DNA from: Mytilus californianus
Lineage: Eukaryota
Assembly (NCBI RefSeq): GCF_021869535.1
Contig: NW_026262668.1
Coordinates: 74,462,001 to 74,526,000, forward strand
DNA: 64,000 nucleotides
Direction of reading: 5' to 3'
Part shown: piece after piece, positions 14,901-25,873 of the stretch
Layout of the letters: every line of letters starts with the position of its first letter
Numbering within the stretch: the first letter of the stretch is position 1
The notes under the pieces: model-generated
What the model was told of the DNA's origin: nothing
The model's input: the letters and a program-made list of their open reading frames with translations, nothing else
The model's database searches: none
Program-made: the position numbers and the translations under genes

Positions 14901-17900
14901 ATTTATGAAAACAGAAAGTGTGTAACCATTACACAAATGCGAGATTAATGATTGTGATTTAAGTAAATGCTGCATACAAATGCTATAAAAATTTCAAAAT
15001 GCAAATTTTTATTTTTGCGAAACATACCCCGTAGCAATTTTCGCAATGAAAACATTGCAAAAATCTCTGAATTTACAGTACCTGTGGGCATACTATATCG
15101 TTTTGATTTTGGGGTAAGTTTCAACTGTAATGGCATTGGATATCCATTCTGTGGGAAATCTGGTACAAGCGAGGCTTCATTCAACGGGTGTTCATCATCA
15201 AATTCTGAAATATAGATAAATTCATTCGAAAATGAAATATAAAATTTTCATAATTAGATATCACAATTAGGGCAATCGGGAAAAGTATCAAACAAATTAT
15301 TTCTTTTGAATGATCTCTGCTTAAATTCAAAACAACAACACATGCCCAACATTTACGTCTTTTTCACTATAGACAATGGTGTAAAACGTGTTTATTACTC
15401 TTAATTTTGGAATATATGAATATTCAATTGGTTGTGTGCTTGTTTTTTTTTTTTGTTTTTTTTTTGTTTTTTTTAGACACAGCCATTAGAAAAATAATTT
15501 ATTTTGTCAGTCCTTATTTTTGAAAAGGGAAATTGAATTAGAATTTGCACCGGCATAAGCATGAAATTGATTAATCTGCTGGCAGAACACTATTTTTCTA
15601 TTTTAATCTACTGCTGTTTCCCTTTTGAGAGCACTGTAAATACCAAAAGGCTATTGTTTCAGACTAGTAAGATAAATGCCAAAGGCTTATTTCGAACCTA
15701 CTTTCACTGTGGTAGAATGGATTGGTTTTTAACGTCACGTGGTACATATTACATACATAACAGGACAAGAATATTTGATCTTGATGTGATGTGATTATGA
15801 ATAGACACACACGCGGGTCGGATGTTTAAGCTGTTAACACCAAAGGTGACAGTCTGCATGCAAATATATCACCCTACCAAGACACATTTTTTACTCCGAG
15901 GAGACTACTTGCTCTTAAATGCGGCGTGCTTAGCGAAGAAGCAGCAAACACCAATTTTTAAATCTTTGGTTTCAGCCGGCTGAGGGCCGAATCCACGACC
16001 TCTCAAGGCGAGCACACTATATCAAAATCACAGAGGCGGTATTTTGAATTAGGCATCTAACGACTTTCACAAACTACAACTAATTTTTCAACTTATTTCT
16101 ATTAAAATGGTAACATTTATGAAAAGTTAAATAACAACTGATGACTTTTGATAGAAAAAAGTAAAAGAACAAACAGCAGAAAAATGCCTCATATAATTAT
16201 GGAACACAATCTTCGAGAATAGATTAGGTCCAATTTAAAAAAAATAGCCTTATACAGAAACGATTGTGTGGTAATTAAATCTTATTGCGTTTTATACAAT
16301 TCATTTCCGTAAGGCACTGAACATTCGTATTTTGGGGGACAGGGGTTGGCATTGATTAAAAGAAGTTGTCAGATTTTGAATTTCCTTAAAATAATAAACA
16401 AAGGAAATGCAAGAATATATTTTTTGTATAGTTTTTCTTTAAGTTAGTTTAAGTATAATAACAAAATTGATTTAAAAAAATCATCCTTGTTCCTGTACAT
16501 AAAATTGAGAATGGAAATGTATATAAATCAAAGTTTACAAAAAAAGTATTGACCTATGAACATGCCCTCCCACACACATGGTGCCTAAAATATAATATTT
16601 ACCATCCATTGCCATTTTCTTTTCAAAAACTTTAAGATTTCTTTGCTCTAGAGCTTTGATTTTGTCTCGTTTCTTCTTCTTTTTACAGCAACAATAAATT
16701 AGAAGCGCCAGAAGAAGAAGAAATAGCAATCCAAATATAACTCCAAGTACAATGGGTAAAACGTTCACGGAATCTTCCGTAAATGCTGTAAGTAAACATT
16801 TATGTACGATTCTTAATTACAGATTTATAAATATATGTGCATTTTAAACAATACATCATCATTTTTAGCTTATGAATTATGCAAATGTATTTAAAAGAAG
16901 GTTGACCTTTGACTGCTTTTGTCGTGTTCTCGTCGGACTCTTTTTAACGTTGAAGCTCTCAAATATTTCATTTATTTGGCTTTTCATACCTTTAGTCTAT
17001 TTAGGGTTAATTTAGAAAAAAAATATGCCCGTTCACTGAATGCATATATGATACTCGCTAAAATTCTTGTGTCTATAGCTTTTCGCTTAAAGTGATCATG
17101 CTTATATACTTTGTATCTCATCTTCCAAAGTTTGATTGTAGTGCCAAATTTATTCCACTTGCAGAAATTTTGTAATTGCAAATTTATATGTTTTTTTTTT
17201 CAATTAGTTTCTGTCTTCTGTCTTGCACTTGCATACTGTTAATATCTTACCAAAAGTAGCACATAACACAGCAATCTCTTTTATTCACAGCAATTGTTAA
17301 ATTAAAAAAAAATAGAATTAAAGAAATAGTCAGTATTCCCCACTCTCCCAAGAAAACTTACAAAAACACAAAAACAAATTAGAAGAACTGCATTTCGTTT
17401 ATACAGTTCTATAGCTACAGAAACTTATACTTACGACAGGTCACTAAAAGAAAGAAGAAAATGAAACAACATTGGTTCGTTGAATTGAAAAAAAATAACA
17501 GCTAAATCATTTAAAACGTAAAATTTAAGGTTACATACTTTGCAACTAAATCTTTCAAACTGTTCAGTGTATTCAAAATTTACACATATCGAAAACTTTC
17601 TTGTTTTATAATATTATTATTCGCGTGTGAAAAGTATATACAAGATATATTTGTGTAATAGAACAACATACAATGTATATGGTTACATAATATTTGCAGT
17701 TTCTTTAAAGTTCAAATACAAGTATTTTTCGTACATATTCAGAATATTTGTTTTCTTTTAACGTATAAATATTTTACATTCAAGTGTATCTTTTAAAATA
17801 ATAATGAAATGCCATTATATAGTAGATTTACGTGTCCAATAGAAATGAAAACAGAAAATAAATGAACCGAAGATGAACACGTATATCAAATAAGAGTACA

Positions 17901-20900
17901 AATATCAGTAAGAGATGACTGAGAGGATCTTGGTTTGGCACATCTATGCTTTTATTCCAAGTTTTTCTTACATTTGCTTTTTTCCGCCCTATGGTCGATT
18001 ACATTTTTCAATTTCTATTTTTTCATTTCTGTCGGGCTGTTCATGAAAGTTTTTGTAAGATTTCCTTGTCCGATTTTAAAAAGAATTTCACCTTTTATAG
18101 TGTGCTTATTATTTGATGGATATTTTCTCCCTTCGGCTTACACCCTTTTCTCTACATCAGACCACCTTTACCGTAGTATGTTGCCCTCTAGATGTATTTT
18201 GGTTATTTTTGTCGTTGGGAAACACAACGTCTCATTGACGTTTACCCCGCATCTTCTTTTATTTATACAAAACTCTCAGTCGGGATTTTGCGAATTTTAA
18301 TTGTAATATGTCGTCTGTTCCTTGGGTGGGATAAAAAAGTAATTAATTTGTGATCTATTCCATATACTAGTAATATAACTGAGAGTCTAAAACTCGATCA
18401 GATTGCAAACAGAATATTCGTGTTTCCTAGTAAGATATTAAGTATACTTGAAATTTCAGAGCCTTTTATAGCTGACTATGCGGTATGAGTTTTGCTCATT
18501 GTTGAAGACCGTACAGTAACCCAGGCTATATAGTTGTTAACTTCTGTGTCATTTGGTCTCTGGTGGAGAGTTGTCTCATTGGCAATCATACCGCATCTAC
18601 ATATTTTTATATGTACATGACTATAAATGTCTGAAAATACAGGTTCAATCTCACCAATAGGTAAGTTAAGTTTAAAAAAAAATAACAATTGCAGTTATGC
18701 TTTTATTCAAATGCATGCACATATTTAACATAAATTTTGAATTTGCAAGGAGGAGAAATTTTGAAATATATTTGAAATTAGGAGAAATTTTACGAAGATT
18801 TGTATGTTCTCCTTCGTAGCTTCGTGCAGTTCATGCGTAATAATCATATTTACCGCTAGCTTTCAGAATGTAAAGTTGACCGGCAGTAATAGTTGTTGAA
18901 AGTTGATTTGCAGTGCATCGCTTCTGACTTGTGCTTACAAATATATGAGTTCCGTTTGAAGTCGCAGCCTGCAAATAAGCAAAAGACACTACATATATAT
19001 AAATCTTTCTATATTATCATATTTATGCGATGAAAATTTCAGTCAATAATACGCAGTTGTTCTCTTTTTTTTTTCTTCTTTTTTTTTTGAAAAGAATAAA
19101 ACATTGGGACAACATCACATCAAACACCGACAAAATCTATTTTATAACGAAACAGCACAACGAATACGTTAATTACATGTGTATTAACAAGTCCTCTAGT
19201 TTAAAATAAAATTTTAAAAAAGCATATTAAAATTTGTTTAAAGTTAAAGCTGTTAACAAAAATCAAATTTAGTGCCCCTATTTCAACAAGAAAGGGAGAT
19301 TTTCTGGAATTGTATTTTAATGTTTTCCATATTTTTAACATATAAACAAGTTCACTATATATATGCCCGAGATTTTGCGGTTATGAATAAAATCCAAAGA
19401 ATAAAAAGTAATCGATCCGATGCCGCGGCATTGTTTTGTCACCTGTTGTCTCCCCTCTTCTGTGTTTTACTTCAATAAAATACGTAATATACATGTGTAT
19501 ATGTAGATAATTAAAACTTTCATAAACGCCACTGATAATAACTTCAACTTACTATACAAACGAATTGAAATGTTGTTAGATCATTTGGCGTTGTACTGTC
19601 CATATTGTATAGGCCTGAATAGTATGTACCACCTCCAGTACTTGAATCATAAATGACAGACAAGCAACCAAGCTTTCCATCGCCTGTTAGAAAAAAAAAT
19701 ACTAATGAAATAGAGATTTTCGTAATTCAATAAAGTACTCTTATTTTCACGCTTAATTGCAATGGTACACTGGTCATAAATATGCAAATCTAGCTGCTGC
19801 ACACGTTTGCTGGTCTTTACATGGTTGTTAGTGTATATGTAGAGAGAGATCGTCAAAAACGGCTATATATACATGGTATTTGTTGATAAAAACTCATCTT
19901 TACTACGGTTACGATTGTAGCTGGGTTTTTGTTAACGTTTGTAGATTCCGAAATAATTAAAATTGAAAACACATGTTGAAAATTCAAAAAAATATTATAT
20001 AAAAACAAAATTTAATGTTTTCTGCTTATAGATTAATCTTGGACATCGTTAAGAAACAATAACTCAAAGTCCAGTCCATATTCGCTTTAACCTCTTGTTT
20101 ATTTGTAATAGACTCTTTTTAATGTATGATAATGCATCTTGCTATTTTATAAATATCCAAGTTAAAACCGGAGGTTCCAAATTTAAGTTTCAACATCGAA
20201 GATATTTTGTGATAAACTTCTTTAAAGTGAAAGTTAAAAAGATAAAAAGAAATATATGTGAACATATTTATTTAGTATGACGTCCATTATCACTGAACTA
20301 GTATACCTATTTGTTTAGGGGCCAGCTGAAGGACGCCTCCGGGTGCGGGATTTTCTCGCTGCATTGAAGACCCATTGGTGGCCTTCGGCTGTTGTCAGCT
20401 CTATGGTCGAGTTGTTGTCTCTTTAACACATTCCTCATTTCCATTCTTAATTTTATACTGTATGTTATGTAAATAAATATTAAACAAATCAAACATCAAA
20501 ACTTGAAAGTGAATATTTAAATACAGTTCTTACTGGTGTACATTCCAGAACCTGCACATGTTGCCTTGTTGAACTGAATAGACTGCCTATTATCACCGCC
20601 ACAAACGGTTAAATTATCATTCTGACAATCTGCCATGCTACTGGTTGGTGTCCCGTAGTAGTAAGTAAAATCGCCCAATATATGCGTCATGCAGTTAGTC
20701 GTTGCTGATGATGCTTCTCCTAAAATCGTATAAGAAAAATATACTTCAGGAGTATGTTTCGTAGGAATTTGATGAATTGGTTCATTGCAAAGTAAATCAC
20801 GTGACCTAGGAAATGATTCGTCTTAGTCATGTGCTTATTGTTTGGTAAAGGGTTGTAAATTGGTGTGTTCTCTAAACAAAATGAACATCTGTCATTTCTT

Positions 20901-23900
20901 AAAGAAAACAATAAAACTTATCGTTTTATAATATTAATTGATATTTTGAATAAAAAGGTTTCATCTGATCATAGATGTATAAACCCATAGATATGGGTTT
21001 ATACAATTGGGTTTATACATCTATGATCTGATAAATTTTTTAAAAATTAAGATCTAAATGGGCATAACGTATAGCCAGAGGCAATAAATTTGTGTAACAA
21101 TATAAACTAAAAATCTGAAATTTCAATTCTAGCATCGTAAAATTCTTATTATAAAAGTTCCCATGAAAGGTCAGAAAAACACTAGTTCTAAACACATCTC
21201 TGTATGGATTTAGATGAATAATAAGAAAACGTTTTCATTGCAAAGGGCTCTTTTTTTTCAGAACTGTAAAACAATGGTAGTTTACATTATAATTATTCGC
21301 ATTTTATTCTATCATAACCATGATAATTTGAACATATCACAGGGATCGTTGTCCCATAATAAATTAGATCTAGACAGTTTGCAAGTTTAACCTTTCCAAA
21401 AAAGGTATAGAGTGCTTGGCAGAAAATATCTGACATCATTGACTGTTATATGATACAGTAACTGATATATAGTGCAGGCGGTGTTGTCCCGATATCACAA
21501 TAGCATGAGTTCGAATCCCGGCGAGGGAAGAACAAAAATTTGCTTCCGCAAATTTGCAGATTTAACATTGTTGTGCTGATATTTAGAGTACTTATATATA
21601 TATATATATATATTTAATATATAATTCGTCTAAATAACAGCCCAACAATGTTAGATCTGTAAATTTGCGGAAGCAAATTTTTTGTTCTTCCCTGGCCGGG
21701 ATTCGAACTCATTCTACTGAGATATCGTGACACCAAATCGCCTTGCACAATGCCCGACGCGTTATACCACTCGACCACCTAGGCTCGACAAAAATCAAGC
21801 TTTCGATGGCCGGGTGTTACCTTTCCTCGTCAGTTTTTATCTAACGTCGTAACACAGTACATGATATATAAGGCATGAAGATGGAATATTACAGATCAGC
21901 TGAATTATCTTTCGTAGAGGATCTTACAAATTAATGTAGGATGCAGTCACAGAAATAATTATATTATAAGTACGTCTGAACCAGTGACAACTCTACGACA
22001 GATTTTATAACTGATGTAAAACATGGGATCGAATTCCTTAAGTGATAATTGGTTTTGATTGTTATATGTCAGTTTATGTTACTCTATTAATAATGTCTAT
22101 AGATCTGATATGGCATTCAAGAAATTTAAAAAAAAATCTATGTTTCATCCCGACAAAAATAATTTCGGTTTTTTTGGTATTGTTCGGTTGCTGTGTATAC
22201 CTTCATCTATACTCAGTCTGTTATTCATTATATGACAATTGTATTACTAAAATAAATACCGTAAAGTAAGTATAAACGGCACAGACAAAATGTGAAACAA
22301 TTCAAATAAAAAAGCTTATTGATGCTAAAAACAATAACAGAAAAACAAATATGACCGACAGCAACTACCGACAACCACTATAATAGCAGTAATAATTATA
22401 CTTGTATTACATACAACCCGTGACATATCCAAATTAAACACATACCACTTTTGACCATACTGTTAAATTCTGCTGAAGATGGTAGTGAACTGCATAACTC
22501 ACTGTCTGAAGGAGATGAAGTTGTCTCCCAAAAACTAATGCGTTCATTTCCGAAAACATGATTTTCATCTAAAAAAAAAGAACAAAATCCTGCTTTGCGA
22601 AATTTACATATCAGTGATTAGAATTAAATAAAATGTTTAAAACAAGGGAAAAAAGGATGATAAGAGTTTATCTTTCTGTAATCTACCACGTTTGACACTA
22701 GAACATCTCACTTTTGGTCGTGTAAAAATTCATCTTACTGGAATGGAAGTGCAACAAAACAAAATCTTAAAAAGTAGAATACTGCTGACACACACTAACA
22801 TTGTATCTGTCTTTATATCATACTGAACATCATTATGATAATTGAATAAGTAGTTAAAATGTAAAAACGAAGTACATGTAATTTGTTTAACCAAGGTAAC
22901 ATACTGTGGGCGTTGGTTCGTTATGAAAAACGATACTGTGCACTATGAATAAACTATGTAAACGACAAAACATCAAAATCACAAAAAGCAAATAGTAAAT
23001 ACAAGTATCAATGAATATTTTGGATATATCGTAATCAACTGTTACCCAAATTTTTGTTGGAGATCAGAAAACTTACTTAATTTTAGTTTATTTATATGTT
23101 TTGGAGTTTAGTGTGACGTCCATTTTCATTGAACTAGTACACAATTTTTTAGGGACCAGCTGAAGCCCGCCTACGGTGCGGGATGTTCTCGCTGTGTTGA
23201 AGACCCATTGGTGGCCTTCGGCTGTGTTCTGCTCTTTGGTCGGGTTGTTGTCTCTTTGACACATTCCCCATTTCCATTCTCAATTTTATTGAAGTCATTA
23301 GGGCCACATCAGGGCCTTTTAGGGTACATCCCTTGATGTGATGATATTGTCTGTATGTGTAACAGCGCGAGATATTTGCGCTTTTTGCTAGGACAATTGC
23401 TATTTTTAATGAAAATTTGTGCTTTTTTAATGGATATTTGTGCTTTTCAAAAAGGTCATTTCCGTTTTTTTAATAGGACATTTGCGCCTTATCAACATAA
23501 CTTTTGAGGTATCATAATGGTTAAGAGTTTAAGAATCATTATATATCCAAAACACAGCACATTCAAATATTTATCTACAGCTAAAAGACTGAATCTTTCG
23601 CCGTCATGCTTATGGAAGTAAATTCCATATAACAACCACGAACAACAGGTGGTTAAAAAATCAAATTGTGGTCTAAACAAATTGTAACAAGCTTATTTAC
23701 TATGACGGTAGAGTTCCTCGGACTTTCCATGCAATAGAATGGACACGAGATGATTATAGTTTCCATTTTTAAATCCACTAATGGTACATGTGTTTAAAGT
23801 GGCTTGAAGAATTTAGGGCACAATTTAAATGTTCCATCCATAAAAATTTCGTTTTCTCTGCCGTTTACCCGAATTATTTTTTTTTTCTCATTTTGTGGTC

Positions 23901-24664
23901 TGTACAGGATAATGTACAAAGAATGTGTGAACAGTTACATCTTTCTTTGACTTTGGTAAATTTGTTTAAGACCATATAGGTAAAAAGCATAAACGCCCTT
24001 AGCCCGTATGTTAGAATACATGTATATCACTTACCTGATTGCATATAGAAGTAGTAGTTGTTAGAATTCACGTAAGTAAACTGATAACAAATATAGGCAT
24101 TCCCAGGATGACCACTGAGGATAGTGAAAGTACTTGACCTGTGTAATATAGATAATTGATGAGAAAATTTAAAAAAGAACAAAATAATCTCAGAAGTCTA
24201 ATGTTTGTAACAGAAGGCCGGGTAAGCCATAGAACTTGACATGCTTAAAGGGGAACCGGAGGCCTTTTTTAATCGATAGTGAAAAAGTCTATTCTTTTCA
24301 AATGTCAAAGGTTAATTATCTTTATGTAGATTTATATCAGGTTTTTCTTTTCATACCAAAATTATTGCTGTTTTTTTTTCACCTAATGTATCTTATGTTG
24401 AGCTAGTAAACGAAATATACATGTTAAAAACACACCTATAGAACTATGCCATGAACAAAAAAATCAATAACTGCACTTACTTGACAACATATTTCAGACT
24501 TGATGGGTTTCTATCACAAGTAAAAGCAACGTTGGATGTTGATCCAGCTACGGAAGCAGACAATGTATCTAATGTCAAATAAGTTGAATTGATAATAATG
24601 TTGCCATAGTTACTGCTTATCCAAGTTCCTTCCAGGGAAGACGAAAACGTACATGCAGCATTAC
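8784..24664 (-). CDS. Gene A: uncharacterised type I membrane protein, ~800-870 aa. Exons: 24481-24664, 24035-24138, 22446-22568, 20534-20719, 19553-19683, 18854-18968, 17435-17443, 16603-16785 (TM), 15082-15204, [14486-14584], [13825-13956], 12325-13413, then 8784-8920 or 8966-9144
   Basis: All introns GT-AG and phases join without stops. Nearly every exon has a counterpart in gene B. Ectodomain starts ACTFSSSLEGTW; TM is VLPIVLGVIFGLLFLLLLALLIY followed by CCCKKKKK. Signal-peptide exon is uncertain; bracketed exons are less certain. Confidence 0.85.
8966..9144 (-). CDS. Gene A alternative terminal exon 1 (DSGISTDESPTGKVAEND...FHLPDYLK*)
   Basis: atatttcag acceptor in phase 1; 5' end duplicates that of 8784-8920. 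Confidence 0.55.
9278..9683. mobile_element. MITE-like repeat with inverted ends; family fragments at 14660-14860, 24860-25090, 26570-26750, 28520-28870 and 50400-50665
   Basis: GAGAGGCAAAAGATACCAAAGGG at 9280 and its reverse complement at 9650-9683; internal segments recur elsewhere in the window. Confidence 0.7.
11339..11620. repeat. ~165-bp partial tandem repeat with a Helentron/DINE-like terminus
   Basis: TTATAACTT.GAAAATTGCA...CACTCTAACTTAAGTT at 11339 and 11504, followed by GCGGCGGCATTCGTGTCC; family assignment is from memory. Confidence 0.5.
12325..13413 (-). CDS. Gene A large cytoplasmic exon (basic, Ser-rich, low complexity)
   Basis: 1089-bp open frame containing ORF 12317..13336; acceptor at 13414, donor after TCA G; motifs shared with 31069-32091. 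Confidence 0.9.
13825..13956 (-). CDS. Gene A candidate cassette exon (ANVEIQTERSYTSHEQMSDRNPGSFGGPTKQFHGSNRSLATQK)
   Basis: Strong T-rich acceptor, open phase 1/1, 132 bp; same position as 32385-32465 in gene B. Confidence 0.6.
14486..14584 (-). CDS. Gene A candidate cassette exon (VMSNRPPQKPENSERHITTNISNVKHDPLILEK)
   Basis: Open phase 1/1 frame with a reasonable acceptor but a weak gtacag donor; no homolog seen in gene B. Confidence 0.4.
15082..15204 (-). CDS. Gene A cytoplasmic exon (EFDDEHPLNEASLVPDFPQNGYPMPLQLKLTPKSKRYSMPT)
   Basis: Phase 1/1; homologous to 34903-34998 (DNDEYPLHEISLGPEFP). Confidence 0.82.
15795..16040 (-). mobile_element. tRNA-derived SINE (mollusc type)
   Basis: Degenerate tRNA-like head plus the central GCTGCTTCTTCGCTAAGCACGCCGCATT block recalled from mollusc SINEs. 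Confidence 0.6.
16603..16785 (-). CDS. Gene A transmembrane exon
   Basis: FTEDSVNVLPIVLGVIFGLLFLLLLALLIYCCCKKKKKRDK; phase 1/1; homologous to 43702-43899. Confidence 0.9.
17435..17443 (-). CDS. Gene A 9-nt microexon TGACCTGTC (V-T-C-P across junctions)
   Basis: ttttcttctttcttttag acceptor and gtaagt donor; matching microexon at 44961-44969 in gene B. Confidence 0.75.
18854..18968 (-). CDS. Gene A ectodomain exon (AATSNGTHIFVSTSQKRCTANQLSTTITAGQLYILKAS)
   Basis: Phase 0/1; homologous to 45698-45815. Confidence 0.82.
19553..19683 (-). CDS. Gene A ectodomain exon (DGKLGCLSVIYDSSTGGGTYYSGLYN...NDLTTFQFVCI)
   Basis: Phase 1/0; GTYYSGLYN and NDLTTF.F.CI shared with 46170-46291. Confidence 0.88.
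20534..20719 (-). CDS. Gene A ectodomain exon (EASSATTNCMTHILGDFTYYY...TVCGGDNRQSIQFNKATCAGSGMYT)
   Basis: Phase 1/1, four Cys matching 47474-47677. Confidence 0.85.
21472..21990. mobile_element. Two inverted copies of a tRNA-box-bearing repeat around a (TA)n spacer
   Basis: B-box GAGTTCGAATCCC on both strands (21506 region and 21700 region); arms ~21472-21585 and ~21625-21750. Confidence 0.75.
22446..22568 (-). CDS. Gene A ectodomain exon (ENHVFGNERISFWETTSSPSDSELCSSLPSSAEFNSMVKS)
   Basis: Phase 1/1, 123 bp, same length as 48363-48485; shared NER.SFWET and AEFNSMVK motifs. Confidence 0.88.
24035..24138 (-). CDS. Gene A ectodomain exon (SSTFTILSGHPGNAYICYQFTYVNSNNYYFYMQS)
   Basis: Phase 2/1, 104 bp, same length as the gene B homolog 49289-49392. 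Confidence 0.85.
24481..24664 (-). CDS. Gene A ectodomain exon (GNAACTFSSSLEGTWISSNYGNIIINSTYLTL...TCDRNPSSLKYVVK)
   Basis: ttttttag acceptor, gtaagt donor, phase 1/2; homologous to 49920-50112. Confidence 0.85.
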
Positions 24665-25211
24665 CTAAAAAATGCAGTCACTGTGGTATTATAGCACGTT
24701 GTTTCTTTAAAGTAGTACTAGTTGATATTAAATCAAATAAAAAGAAATCTGTTCGCTTTGAAGGTGTTATATCAATAAAAAATATAAGAGCTATACGTTA
24801 ACGAGACAAACCCCGTAGACATTAAAAACCTCTAAACAAGTTATATTTCTTCATCCGTTATATCAAATATATACGTAAAATCGATGAACAAAAAGAAAAA
24901 CAGTCCGCAAAATACGTAATAAAACAACCGAAAACTAAGGGTGAACTCAAGTGGTCCGAATGAGTTAGCAATTCCTGCCTCACTGGTGGCACCCGTCTTG
25001 TGCTCATGACAAGTAAAACGTCGATGATAAGTCGTATACAGTGATGTCACATTCGAAGAGAAGTAAGCATACCCTATGAGGTAGATCATCGATACGACTG
25101 TATAAGTTTAAACTACCGTCAAAACAGATTATCTAGTTAAGATAAAATAAAACTCATCATGCTTCACGTTAATTGTGAAATAAATGTAGAGTATACATCA
25201 ATGAGACGGCA

Positions 25212-25873
25212 ACAGATAACTAAAATAACATTTAGATGTAGACGTACTACGATATAGTCTACAACAATACACAGGTGTCTATACAAATAAACGAAACAGA
25301 TAACTAAAATAACATCTAGATGTAGACGTACTACGTAATAGTCTACAACAATACACAGGTGTCTATACAAACAAACGAAACAGATAACTAAAATAACATC
25401 TAGATGTAGACGTACTACGTAATAGTCTACAACAATACACAGGTGTCTATACAAACAAACGAAACAGATAACTAAAATAACATAGAGATGTAGACGTACT
25501 ACGTAATAGTCTGCAACAATACACAAGTGTCTATACAAACAAACGAAACAGATAACTAAAATAACATCTAGATGTAGACGTACTACGTAAAAGTCTACAA
25601 CAATACACAGGTGTCTATACAAACAAACGAAACAGATAACTAAAATAACATCTAGATGTAGACGTACTACGTAAAAGTCTACAACAATACACAAGTGTCT
25701 ATACAAACAAACGAAACAGATAACTAAAATAACATCTAGATGTAGACGTACTACGTAAAAGTCTACAACAATACACAGGTGTCTATACAAACAAACGAAA
25801 CAGATAACTAAAATAACATCTAGATGTAGACGTACTACGTAAAAGTCTACAACAATACACAGGTGTCTATACA
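25212..25873. repeat. 84-bp minisatellite, ~8 copies
   Basis: CAGATAACTA recurs at 25381 and 25801 (5 x 84 bp); copies are near-identical. Confidence 0.95.

Noticed and set aside
15357-15366. 10-nt candidate microexon in gene A (TGAAAAAGAC)
   Set aside because: Frameshifting with no compensating partner, and not conserved in gene B
21490-21530. tRNA gene suggested by GTTCGAATCC
   Set aside because: No cloverleaf; it is part of a repeated SINE-like sequence
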